Source: a virus
Taxonomy: Duplodnaviria; Caudoviricetes
IMG/VR virus record: IMGVR_UViG_3300028797_000010
Coordinates: 1-64,000 of that record
Length of the DNA: 64,000 nt
Direction: 5' to 3' (one strand)
Below, in pieces: positions 1-8,884 of this stretch; the stretch's first letter is position 1; the number at the start of each line of letters is the position of its first letter. A program made the position numbers and the translations under genes. A model generated the notes under the pieces. That model was not told where the DNA came from, searched no databases, and was given only the letters and a program-made list of their open reading frames with translations.

Positions 1-1
1 C

Positions 2-226
2 GTCCCCGTCGATGGTTGCATCACCGACTACCCAAACGACCACACCGCCCTGCTTCGTCACTCGGTACAATTCCCGTGCGATATTCTCAAAGTCGAAGCA
101 ATAGCCATTGTATTCCCGTCGGTCATCGTATGGTGGCGAAGTCACCGTCAAGTCCACGCTCTCGGCTTCCATTTGGCGCATTCCTTCAAGACAATCCATG
201 TTGTATATTTTATCGAGTTCTATCAT
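2..226 (-). CDS. DNA methyltransferase, N4-C/N6-A beta-class (N-terminal part; runs off the window edge)
   Basis: Not in ORF track. Manual translation from ATG 226: MIELDKIYNMDCLEGMRQMEAESVDLTVTSPPYDD...LYRVTKQGG, with SPPY motif IV; ATGA overlap with the upstream stop. Confidence 0.9.
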   Translation of the reverse strand, partial: MIELDKIYNMDCLEGMRQMEAESVDLTVTSPPYDDRREYNGYCFDFENIARELYRVTKQGGVVVWVVGDATIDGD

Positions 227-861
227 ATCTTATCCCAAGTTTTAGTTTCACTATTCCATGTAATCGTGCCGCGTCCGTTATTCAAGACTATTGTAGCACC
301 GTCGGGACGGTTATCGTCCGTGTAGCCGTCGGCAATGCCGAATCCGTCGCTATAATAGCCGATATATAAATAGGCTTTCAATACGTCGTCCCATGTGATA
401 CTAAAATTACCACTAGGCATATATACATCGTTCGCGCTTTCGCCTTTTCCTAACTTTGTCGGGTCATAGACAACATTGTTGCCCGAAAAAACAACGGTCT
501 GAAAGATTTTGTCGCGTAGGTAGCGTTCAAAATCCTTTTGGTATTGCAAGTCGCGCGTAGATACATAAGCCTTGATATGCGGCAACACGTTTTCTTTTTC
601 CGTGTCCGTGAGTTTCTTCCAATATTCCAAGGATTTTTTCTTAGAACCTTTGCGTTTGTAAACCACCCAACATTCTTCGAATAGTTCGCTCATCGTGTCC
701 GACGTTCTAAGATAGTCTACAACCGCAGCCATATCATCGAATGTAATAAAGTCGTCGATATAAAATCCGCTTTCGGTTTGGTCAATAACACAGATGCGTT
801 CGTCTAACAAAGACAATACATGCTCTTGCTGTTTCTCGGTTTTCGCTTGTAATGACATCAT
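223..861 (-). CDS. Phage replication initiator/replisome-organiser-like protein
   Basis: FEECWVVYKRKGSKKKS...KAYV...YQKDFERYL resembles the conserved C-terminal domain of phage replication proteins; start moved to MMSLQ downstream of the promoter at 1003-1010. Confidence 0.55.
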   Translation of the reverse strand: MMSLQAKTEKQQEHVLSLLDERICVIDQTESGFYIDDFITFDDMAAVVDYLRTSDTMSELFEECWVVYKRKGSKKKSLEYWKKLTDTEKENVLPHIKAYVSTRDLQYQKDFERYLRDKIFQTVVFSGNNVVYDPTKLGKGESANDVYMPSGNFSITWDDVLKAYLYIGYYSDGFGIADGYTDDNRPDGATIVLNNGRGTITWNSETKTWDKI

Positions 862-1002
862 AATCGTGTACTTTAAGTGACGTGACGTTTTTGTAATAGT
901 AAAATGGCGAACGAAAGACGTACACAAAACTTTCATTTGATGTCTTGGTAGGAGCGACCCACCTCACGCCATGTGACACCTTTGGCAAGAACAGTTCGTT
1001 TG

Positions 1003-1010
1003 CAAATATA
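1003..1010 (-). promoter_or_regulatory. Bacteroidota primary-sigma -7 element (TATATTTG)
   Basis: cgTATATTTGca on the minus strand, intergenic, upstream of the replication gene. Confidence 0.7.
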
Positions 1011-1038
1011 CGAAATGTTTATCAACCTACCAAACCGT

Positions 1039-1926
1039 TTATGATTTTTTAAACATTAATACGTTTTGGTGTACCTTTACCAACTTTCCCGATTTCATGT
1101 TGCCACCCGCACGCAAAGCCGCGCTGGCAAGCGACGTAGACAACACCGCGTCGTTGTAGAATCCCATGCCGTTGCAACGTTGCATTAGCTTGATTGTGTC
1201 CGCTACAAAACCGTAATAGTTGCCTTGCTTGTTACGTACCTCGCCAACTACGACGATGGCCATGCCGCCTTTTTTAAGCAACTTGCACGCCTTGCGCATG
1301 ATGCTTTCGAACGTGAAAATGAAATCGTCGTAGTCCATATTCGAAATGTCGCCTTTCAAGTCGCTGTAAACCTCCAAATCCGCATACGGCGGGCACGTAA
1401 ACACAAGGTCGAATTCCTTTTGCCAATTTTGGTCAAGAACGATGTTTGAATCGCCGACGTACCATTGTGGCATATTATCCACGCCAAGAATCTCCAACGC
1501 TTGCTCGCGGTTTGAATCAACTTGCTCCTGTCTGATGTCAATGCCGCTATAGTGATAGCCTAAATAGTTGGCAACGATGCCGCGCACGGAACCACCAGCG
1601 AACGGGTCAAGAATCGACCCTCCTTCTGGACAGTACCAGCGGTACATCATCTCGCAAAGAACGGGGTCGAAGATTGAAGTGTCGCTTGGTAACTTGTTTC
1701 CGCTAAGAGTTCCCTCTTGGCCTTTCTTGTCAGCCCAATCTTTCATGTGGTACGTCACGGCTTCACGGCCTACCTCGGACTTGATGCCCATGTTAATCCA
1801 TTTCTTCTTACGTGCTTGCCAAAGACCGTCCTTTGTGTCAAGAATCGAAAACGGGTTTGTGCCGAAATCCTGTTTAAGGTCGCCTTTCTTTTCAACGACC
1901 TTGCCAAATAAATCTATTTGCTCCAT
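1039..1926 (-). CDS. DNA amino-methyltransferase (motif I before motif IV)
   Basis: ILDPFAGGS (SAM motif I) and FDLVFTCPPY (motif IV variant); N-terminal QIDLF. Confidence 0.88.
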   Translation of the reverse strand: MEQIDLFGKVVEKKGDLKQDFGTNPFSILDTKDGLWQARKKKWINMGIKSEVGREAVTYHMKDWADKKGQEGTLSGNKLPSDTSIFDPVLCEMMYRWYCPEGGSILDPFAGGSVRGIVANYLGYHYSGIDIRQEQVDSNREQALEILGVDNMPQWYVGDSNIVLDQNWQKEFDLVFTCPPYADLEVYSDLKGDISNMDYDDFIFTFESIMRKACKLLKKGGMAIVVVGEVRNKQGNYYGFVADTIKLMQRCNGMGFYNDAVLSTSLASAALRAGGNMKSGKLVKVHQNVLMFKKS

Positions 1927-1938
1927 ATCCTTTTATCG

Positions 1939-2931
1939 TTATTTTATGTAATATTCAATTTTACCGTCACAAATCATTTCCTTGTGCGCCAACAAACGGT
2001 GTTCGGTTGGACGGCAACCAAGGATATAAACAACGTCTATGCGAGGAAAAGACGTGAACGTGAAATACTTTATTTTCTCGACCATGTTATGAGAAAGCAC
2101 CTTGTCAAGAACTTTATCCGTCTTGTCATAGTACCGCGTTTGCATGTCATACAACGCATAGGCCACGCCAAGTTCCTCGTAGACCATCATAACCCTAAGA
2201 TAGACTATTTCGCCTTTGTAGTATATGGCCAATGTCCTTATGCGTTTGCAAGCGGATGAGATAATAAGTCTGTATACTGCATCGTCGTTTTTCGCTATCT
2301 TATGGCCGTTGTCCGAAAGGTAGCGGTTAAAGTCGGCGCGTATTTTCAATGCGTCGCGCATAGGTATGCGTTTCGTCGTGACAAGGAAATCGCCGTCATT
2401 GACCAATCGTATGCCGTACTTGTTGAGTTTCCACGTCGGTAGGCCGTCGAAAAACGAACGGCGGGTATAGTAATAGTTGTCGTACTCAACAAGGCGTTCC
2501 GTGTCTTTCAAATCCGCATCAAACACAATATTCGTGCTAAATGCGAACCGAACGAAGGTCAACGATGAAAGCACGTCCATAACGGCTTGTTCCGACACGG
2601 CCTTTCCCAAAGACGAAATAGGCTTGTCAAACACACGTATTTGCTTCGTCTTTAGAATTTGGATAATTTTGTAAGCAAAGAAAACGGTATCGTCACCAGT
2701 CGAAACCAACAAGAAACGGAATTTCTTGTCGTTTGTTATTGTATTGTACGACGGCATGCAATGGTAGAACGGAACACGCGACGCATCGTTGTACACACGT
2801 CCGTAATAGCCGTTGATGACAAACGAATGGTCGGCGTCAAGTAACGTACCGCCTTTAAAGAACTCGAAATCGGCGCGTTTCAACACGTCCAACGCCACAA
2901 CGCTTGTTTCATTGTCGAAAAGACTTCCCAT
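1939..2931 (-). CDS. DUF2156/GNAT-like protein, paralog B
   Basis: Aligns along its length with 2936-3958 (PFYH, RFLL, QIR.FD.P, YY.G.I, YI..HK..DG.I.Y); start MGSLFD lies 5 nt after the upstream stop. Confidence 0.55.
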   Translation of the reverse strand: MGSLFDNETSVVALDVLKRADFEFFKGGTLLDADHSFVINGYYGRVYNDASRVPFYHCMPSYNTITNDKKFRFLLVSTGDDTVFFAYKIIQILKTKQIRVFDKPISSLGKAVSEQAVMDVLSSLTFVRFAFSTNIVFDADLKDTERLVEYDNYYYTRRSFFDGLPTWKLNKYGIRLVNDGDFLVTTKRIPMRDALKIRADFNRYLSDNGHKIAKNDDAVYRLIISSACKRIRTLAIYYKGEIVYLRVMMVYEELGVAYALYDMQTRYYDKTDKVLDKVLSHNMVEKIKYFTFTSFPRIDVVYILGCRPTEHRLLAHKEMICDGKIEYYIK

Positions 2932-2935
2932 AGCC

Positions 2936-3958
2936 CTAACAAATGTTATATTTGATGAATCCGTCCGTAGTACGCAGCTTATGCTCGTATAGCTTGTCAC
3001 TTGCACCAGTGCCGATATAGACGGTATCAACGACGCAACGGAGAAAAGACCAAGAAAAGAACTTTTGTATGGCCACCATTCGGTTGACTATATGCTTTAG
3101 TTCATCGTCGCCGTTGGAATCGAAAATATGGGTACAATAAAGGCTTTCACAACGACGGTGTACGGCATCAACGAGAAAAATTTCCTGCGCTATCAACGTT
3201 CCGCGATAATACAACGACACCACTTTCACGTTTCCGTTGTGTACATTCCGCAAGAACGATTCAAACGCACGTTCGGTAGACACCCGCACATTATCGCCTT
3301 TCGCGGCCATTCCGTTAATCCATAGACGGCGCAAGGCCATCGTTTCCTTGACGTTCACACGGCTTGCAATGGTAAACTCGACGTCAGGGTTGGCAAGGAC
3401 GCGGTTGACGAAGTGCCTTTTTCTCCAACGGTTATTCTTATAATACGCCGCGCCGTCGGAAATCGAGTAGAAGAATTCATCGCAATTCGCAAGGTGCTTG
3501 GTTTTTCGCCCGTCCAAGCCGTCGAAATAGCGCGAATAGCCGTCCTTGTACACAAAACGCACGAATTCGTGCATAGAAAGCGTTTCTATGACACGTCTAC
3601 GCCTTTCGTCGTACTTTTCCGCGTAGCCGTCGCCTCCGTTGCTTAAAGGCACGTCGAAAAAGCGTATTTGGCGCGTCGTAACGATGCGCACGACCTTGTA
3701 CGGGTAATACAACACGTCGCCGTCATCGGCTTGTATAAGCAAGAAACGGTATTCCTTGTTCTTGATTGCCGTGTTGTAAAACGGGTCAAGATGATAGAAC
3801 GGTTTCTCGTTCTCGCAGTCCGTGTACGTCCGTATAAGATTCCCGAAATTCGCATTAACACAGTTGGTATTGGAAACAAAGAATCCAAAATCAGCGTTTT
3901 CCAATTCCTTTAGCGTGTATGCTTTCGGTGTATAGTCACCAAACAAGTTCATTTCCAT
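2936..3958 (-). CDS. DUF2156/GNAT-like protein, paralog A
   Basis: DEFFYS...NRWRKRHFVNR resembles the DUF2156 DY.Y...KKRNH.N motif; C-terminal YIG...LYEHK resembles the GNAT-end motif of this family. Confidence 0.55.
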   Translation of the reverse strand: MEMNLFGDYTPKAYTLKELENADFGFFVSNTNCVNANFGNLIRTYTDCENEKPFYHLDPFYNTAIKNKEYRFLLIQADDGDVLYYPYKVVRIVTTRQIRFFDVPLSNGGDGYAEKYDERRRRVIETLSMHEFVRFVYKDGYSRYFDGLDGRKTKHLANCDEFFYSISDGAAYYKNNRWRKRHFVNRVLANPDVEFTIASRVNVKETMALRRLWINGMAAKGDNVRVSTERAFESFLRNVHNGNVKVVSLYYRGTLIAQEIFLVDAVHRRCESLYCTHIFDSNGDDELKHIVNRMVAIQKFFSWSFLRCVVDTVYIGTGASDKLYEHKLRTTDGFIKYNIC

Positions 3959-3967
3959 AAATCTTTC

Positions 3968-4303
3968 TTATTTACGTTCATGTTTACGTTTCATGGCAAG
4001 CAAAAGCACGGACAGCTTGTCGTAGATGCCAAGGTGGCGTAGGGTAGGAAGGTGTTCGAAATCCTCGTCCTCGACACAACGCCTGTAGGACTTTCCGAGA
4101 AATCGCGGCACTTCACGACGCTTCAACCTTTCATCGTCACATAGGCGGGACAAGGCACGAACCTCGTCCTCAGTGGCTGCGCACTTGTTTTCCGCGTTAG
4201 CCTTGATGGTCTCGTCGACCCAAGGCAAAAGGCCATGCCGTTCGGCCAACTTACGCACACGCACAAGGTAGTGCCGTGCCAATGCTTGCAAATCTTGGTT
4301 CAT
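3968..4303 (-). CDS. Hypothetical protein, possible HTH
   Basis: ORF in an operon-like run; LKRREVPRFLGKSYRR is HTH-like. Confidence 0.6.
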   Translation of the reverse strand: MNQDLQALARHYLVRVRKLAERHGLLPWVDETIKANAENKCAATEDEVRALSRLCDDERLKRREVPRFLGKSYRRCVEDEDFEHLPTLRHLGIYDKLSVLLLAMKRKHERK

Positions 4304-4578
4304 CGTGCCGTAATGATTGGTTCTAACGCATTACGCAACGCATCGTCTGCATAATAGTTTGGTACACCAAGGACATTAACCAAAATGCGCTTTATTTCAA
4401 ATGGCGTACGGCCACTAAGATAATCAGTAACGTACTTTTCATCCTTTGGTTCTTCTGTCCTTTGCCCTAAATCCTCGCAAAGCATTTCAAACAACTCAAC
4501 CTTTTCGTCGTGGTCAAGTTCGTCCAAGAACTCGTCAATGTCAATGTTAATGCTTACTTCTAATGTAAATGTTGCCAT
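4300..4578 (-). CDS. Hypothetical acidic protein
   Basis: 92-aa ORF with a 4-nt overlap with the next gene. Confidence 0.7.
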   Translation of the reverse strand: MATFTLEVSINIDIDEFLDELDHDEKVELFEMLCEDLGQRTEEPKDEKYVTDYLSGRTPFEIKRILVNVLGVPNYYADDALRNALEPIITAR

Positions 4579-4622
4579 AATAATTTTCTCTTATTAAGTT
4601 AAACAATAAATGATTCCCCTCG

Positions 4623-4976
4623 TTAGAACGGTAAATCGTCCTTTTTCTCGGACTCTTGTGTGGGTGCGGGTTGTGCATTAGGCACGGGTGATTGTTGTTG
4701 CCCGTCGATGCACAAGGCTCGCCATGCGTTGATGTCCGTGAACCACTTCCCCTGCCATTCGCGGCTTTCAAGGTCAAAGCTGACGTTGTACGTGTTGCCC
4801 ACGCACAAGGCCATCCCACGGAACTTTTCCTCACCCATCACCGTAAAGGCCACCTTTTTCGGATATTGCCCCTGTGTCTCGATGACAAAGCCAGTCTTGA
4901 CGATTTCAGAACCGTCACGCTTGGACACGAAACGTTGCGCGTCCAAAATCTTAATCAATTTTCCTGTAATTTCCAT
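4623..4976 (-). CDS. DUF3127 family OB-fold (SSB-like) protein
   Basis: MEITGKLIKIL...QYPKKVAF...SREWQGKWFTDINAW and an acidic DDLPF tail. Confidence 0.88.
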   Translation of the reverse strand: MEITGKLIKILDAQRFVSKRDGSEIVKTGFVIETQGQYPKKVAFTVMGEEKFRGMALCVGNTYNVSFDLESREWQGKWFTDINAWRALCIDGQQQSPVPNAQPAPTQESEKKDDLPF

Positions 4977-5041
4977 TTCGCTTCTAATATTTTGCTTGTT
5001 AAACTTGTTGTAATCCATTTTTAGGACGGCAGCCAACGCGG

Positions 5042-5233
5042 TCAACTACCGTCATACCGTACTTTTCTACTACTTTTGTCATACGCTTCCATGCGCTTAT
5101 GTTTCCTGTCGCGCTTCGCCTTCGCTTCCTTGCTCCGACGGTCGGATTCACAAGGGCGCTCACTACCCATGAAACGGCAATGGTTGCCCACCAACTTGCT
5201 TTTTTGCCAATATTTGCACTTTGAATATTTCAT
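5042..5233 (-). CDS. Small Cys-containing basic protein
   Basis: MKYSKCKYW...C...C; ATGA overlaps on both sides. Confidence 0.55.
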   Translation of the reverse strand: MKYSKCKYWQKSKLVGNHCRFMGSERPCESDRRSKEAKAKRDRKHKRMEAYDKSSRKVRYDGS

Positions 5234-5455
5234 AGCACTTGCAGCCAATCGGTTATAAACTCACCATAGCAGCGTACGTCCAAACGCCAAATGGCATTAT
5301 CGAAGTAAATCTTGAAGCATTTAGCGTCCACGCCCAATGGTTCGTCCACGGCAACGACTTTCCGAAGGTCGATGTACGCAATTTCCCTTACATCACCACA
5401 TAAAGGGTACTTTTTCTTGCAAATAGGCGTACAAACCGCAATATTTTCCTCGCAT
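5230..5455 (-). pseudogene. Frame-broken ORF (+1 shift)
   Basis: Starts MRGKYCGLYAYLQEK after a GAGGACTGACTATG junction; continues in the +1 frame (GDVREIAYIDL...DWLQVL) to a TGA overlapping the next ATG; length 226 nt = 3n+1. Confidence 0.5.
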
Positions 5456-5457
5456 AG

Positions 5458-5859
5458 TCAGTCCTCCATAAGTTTCGACAATCCATTCTTCTCGATTTCC
5501 GATTGCAGGCAGATGAGCGTTCCGATGGCGGTATGCAACGCCTCGATACGGTTGCTGTTGAATCCATACGGATAGTCGCCGCCAAGCTCGGTGCCAAGTT
5601 TCTGCATATCGTCTTTCAGATAGTCGATGTGCAAGCCAATCTTGCGGGTGGCATACTTGACAAAGGATGACAGCTTGACGTAAATCTCGGTGTCCTCCTG
5701 CGGGCCGTTGACCACCTCCATGTAGGCAGAACCGAAATCCTTCAGACAAACGATGTCGGAGCGGTAGTTGTCTTTCTTGACGTGTACCACGTCGGGGTAC
5801 TGATAAAACTCATAAGCCTTGTAGAACTGCTCGCGGCTCTTACTCTTCTTTCGTTCCAT
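5458..5859 (-). CDS. Hypothetical protein
   Basis: 133-aa ORF ending ED* with the same junction motif seen at 28.6-29.7 kb. Confidence 0.75.
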   Translation of the reverse strand: MERKKSKSREQFYKAYEFYQYPDVVHVKKDNYRSDIVCLKDFGSAYMEVVNGPQEDTEIYVKLSSFVKYATRKIGLHIDYLKDDMQKLGTELGGDYPYGFNSNRIEALHTAIGTLICLQSEIEKNGLSKLMED

Positions 5860-5870
5860 ACTGTAACTGT

Positions 5871-6449
5871 TTAATATTTCTTACCTCCGTGCTTATACGG
5901 ACGCATTTCGTTGTACTTCATCTTTTGCTCGATATGCCATTCAAGGTCTATGCCATGAAAACGGGCAAACTCAAAACAGAACGATAAAATCATACCCAAA
6001 TCATGTTCCTTTGTCTTCTTGTCCGCGTACTTAGCCATGTCAACGACGAACGATGACAACGAGAAACATTGCTCGCATATAGACATTTGGCCGAAGATGT
6101 CGTTAAATTCGTCGGGCATTTCCAAAACACCGCTTTCGGGCATCGCAGGCATCAGGCCACGTTTGCCGCAATAGTCGCAAAGACGGATAACGACGTCGGC
6201 AAGTTCGTCCTCTACCGAATCTTTCACGTAATCCCTGAACCGTTGGCCATATCCAATGCCAATACACTTTTCAAATCCGACAGGGTTCGCATGGCGATTC
6301 TTACGGTCAGCCTCGACTATCTCTCCGATTTCGCCAACGACCAACATCAAGAGGTGCTCGTCGCTACGTTCCTCGTCATGAAAGCCATGCGCGCAAGCCG
6401 TGTCATAGGCACGCGTAATAAACTCTTGAATCTTTTCTTTCGTAATCAT
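5871..6449 (-). CDS. mazG: MazG-like NTP pyrophosphohydrolase
   Basis: LMLVVGEIGEIVEADRK and VEDELADVVIRLCD motifs; C-terminal KMKYNEMRPYKHG. Confidence 0.88.
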   Translation of the reverse strand: MITKEKIQEFITRAYDTACAHGFHDEERSDEHLLMLVVGEIGEIVEADRKNRHANPVGFEKCIGIGYGQRFRDYVKDSVEDELADVVIRLCDYCGKRGLMPAMPESGVLEMPDEFNDIFGQMSICEQCFSLSSFVVDMAKYADKKTKEHDLGMILSFCFEFARFHGIDLEWHIEQKMKYNEMRPYKHGGKKY

Positions 6450-6775
6450 AAACAAAACTTTATTTTTTCGTTCAAATTCGTATTCATCCAACCCCAAATG
6501 AACTCCGAGACACGAGTGACGAACTCGCGCTTCGTCACAAGGTCGCCACGTTGCTCCATTCCGTCAAGGTCAAGGATGTGAAGCTTGTGATAATACTCGT
6601 TCATAAGACCATCCACAGTGTCGTCCTTGGTGACGTACAAAACCACACCGTTCCATTCCACGTACACGCCATAGCCAAGCTCGATTGCCTTGTCAATGAC
6701 TTTAGGAAGAAACGCCTCGAGACTCTCACCTAAAACGCCAGTATATATAAGATTTTCCTTCATAGCCATAACCAA
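6446..6775 (-). CDS. Hypothetical protein
   Basis: ORF in an operon run; exact start uncertain. Confidence 0.65.
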   Translation of the reverse strand: MVMAMKENLIYTGVLGESLEAFLPKVIDKAIELGYGVYVEWNGVVLYVTKDDTVDGLMNEYYHKLHILDLDGMEQRGDLVTKREFVTRVSEFIWGWMNTNLNEKIKFCL

Positions 6776-7084
6776 TCACCCGCTTGAATCACAGTGCCAG
6801 TATAAAGACAAAGACTTACAGCACGAATGGTGGTCTGTATTAGCCCAACCACTACTATAACCATCCACAACAAATCCGTACTTGTCCTTCTGCTCCCAAA
6901 ACGCCTTCATAATCAAACGAGGCAGCATAACATCCAACCACATGTGTGTGGACGACCAAAACGGAGGATACCAGCCATTCTCATAACCTAAGTCACCAAT
7001 AGGGGCTAACTTGCGTAGGTCACTTAAACCAAAAAGACCTACCTTGCGGGACAACTCCCATTTCTTTTCTTTCGTCATGTACAT
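6776..7084 (-). CDS. Hypothetical protein, first gene of the leftward operon
   Basis: 102-aa ORF downstream of the promoter at 7135-7142. Confidence 0.65.
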   Translation of the reverse strand: MYMTKEKKWELSRKVGLFGLSDLRKLAPIGDLGYENGWYPPFWSSTHMWLDVMLPRLIMKAFWEQKDKYGFVVDGYSSGWANTDHHSCCKSLSLYWHCDSSG

Positions 7085-7134
7085 AATAACTTTCTTTTAT
7101 TATAAACAAACTATATAAAACTAAAACTTGGGTG

Positions 7135-7142
7135 CAAATTTA
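7135..7142 (-). promoter_or_regulatory. -7 promoter element (TAAATTTG) of the leftward operon
   Basis: TAAATTTGcacc on the minus strand, ~50 nt upstream of ATG 7084. Confidence 0.7.
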
Positions 7143-8870
7143 ATATATTAATTTAAATAATAAAGCATAATATTATAACTTTAACTAAACTTTAACCTTT
7201 ATAAAGAATTCTTTATATATATAGTTTACCTATTAAAAAAGTATATTCCTTATAAAATAAGATACCTATATAACTAAGTTTACCATATATAATAAGTAAC
7301 CCATTTATAATAAGATTCCATATATATAAGATATACGTATTACACGTGCATGCGCACGCGTACGCGTAAAAAGTAAACCCATTATAAATAGTTACCCTTA
7401 ATAAAAAACACGTCGATTGGCAATCAGTCGCATTCTTTTGGGCGATTTCTGAAAAATTTAATTTTAAAAATTTTTTCTGAAAAATGGGTTGTTGACACCA
7501 CACGAATGCAAGCGGAGAATAACCCCCCCCCCGTCTAAACCTTTGTAATTTATTGAAAATCAATCATTTATGATAATAAAATGTTCGTTTCATTATAATA
7601 ATATCACGCATTAATGCATTTATGAGTAAATAGCGAGTATTCATAATGCGAGGAACGCAAATGCGGCGAAAAAAGCAAAAACGGTGGGCATAAAGCATTC
7701 TATATCACATTTGCTTTTAGTTATAGTGTCACGTTTCTATATGTGGATATAATGCGTTTTAAAACCTTATAAATGGGTATTATTGATATATATGGTTGAA
7801 TGTACATTTATTCACAAAAAAATCATGTTACATGCGAAAAAGAACAAAGTAACATAAAAAAGAAAAAATGAATATTTATAAATAATATAATGAATAAATA
7901 TACTATATAGAAAAAGAAATAAAATAAGAAAAAGAAACATTTATCGCAAACGTTTACGTAAATATATAGGCATAGCGCAAACATATAACATCATGTTACG
8001 TAAAAATATAGTACATAATAAGTGTACTTTTTACACTAAAATTCGAATATTATATTACAATTATATGTACTTATTATATGTTATAACATGTGTGAAATGC
8101 TTATAAACAAAGGTGTGTCACATGATCTGTTTGAGTTTTGAAAATATACAACAAAACGTAACCCCTAATTTTTTCGTCCGTAACTATCTATAAATCAATA
8201 AGTTACAAGGTTTTTGCACAGAATAGCGAAGACTGTGAAAAATCGCCCACAATCGACGAACGCCTCCGAGTTGGTATAGCTATACCTCCTGGCTCGTTTT
8301 AACGCGTCAGCGGGCTTTTATCGCGTTCGCGGGAGAAGGGGTATTTTTGGCCGTTTCGGGGTGCAAATATAGTGTGTTTGGAAACGTGAAACGGGGACAC
8401 GTGAAAACGTACCCGTTTAAATATTCATTTTTCCACGTTTATACATGAATAAACAAAGGTATAAAAACGGGTATAAATACCACGTGAAAACATGCTATAA
8501 ATGCGCGGTATTATACCTCACGTACATTATATATAATATATATGGATACCTATATAGCACATAACATAACATGCTATATGTAAATTTTAATTAAATATTA
8601 ACAATCACGTAAACGTTTACGTAAAAATGTAAATAATTATTCGTAAACTATTTTTATTTTGATAATTATCGTGAAAACCTTTGTAAATAGGCATTTTAAT
8701 AAAATACGTGTAAATTAAATTGTATTATTTAGAAACTGTCTAAAAATAAAAAAGTGTTTCAATTGTAACAATAGCTTAAATTTTAACTTAATTTCCGTTT
8801 ATGAATATAGAAAAGATTTAAAATAATAAACTTTTTAGTTTTTATCGTTTTATATATGTATACCTTATAT
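7143..8870. other. AT-rich non-coding region (candidate origin/genome-end/control region)
   Basis: No credible ORF; lies at the strand switch; 28-nt RY tract 7341-7368, C10 run 7523-7532, palindromes TTTACGTAAA at 7953 and 8616. Confidence 0.5.
8364..8371 (-). promoter_or_regulatory. -7 promoter element (TATATTTG) with no downstream ORF
   Basis: TATATTTGcacc on the minus strand. Confidence 0.45.
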
Positions 8871-8878
8871 TATCTTTG
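8871..8878 (+). promoter_or_regulatory. -7 promoter element (TATCTTTG) heading the rightward transcript
   Basis: TATCTTTGca preceded by an AT-rich upstream region. Confidence 0.75.
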
Positions 8879-8884
8879 CACTGA

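Noticed and set aside
7213-7563. 116-aa ORF in the track
   Set aside because: Runs through low-complexity AT, poly-C and RY tracts with an implausible composition; treated as non-coding
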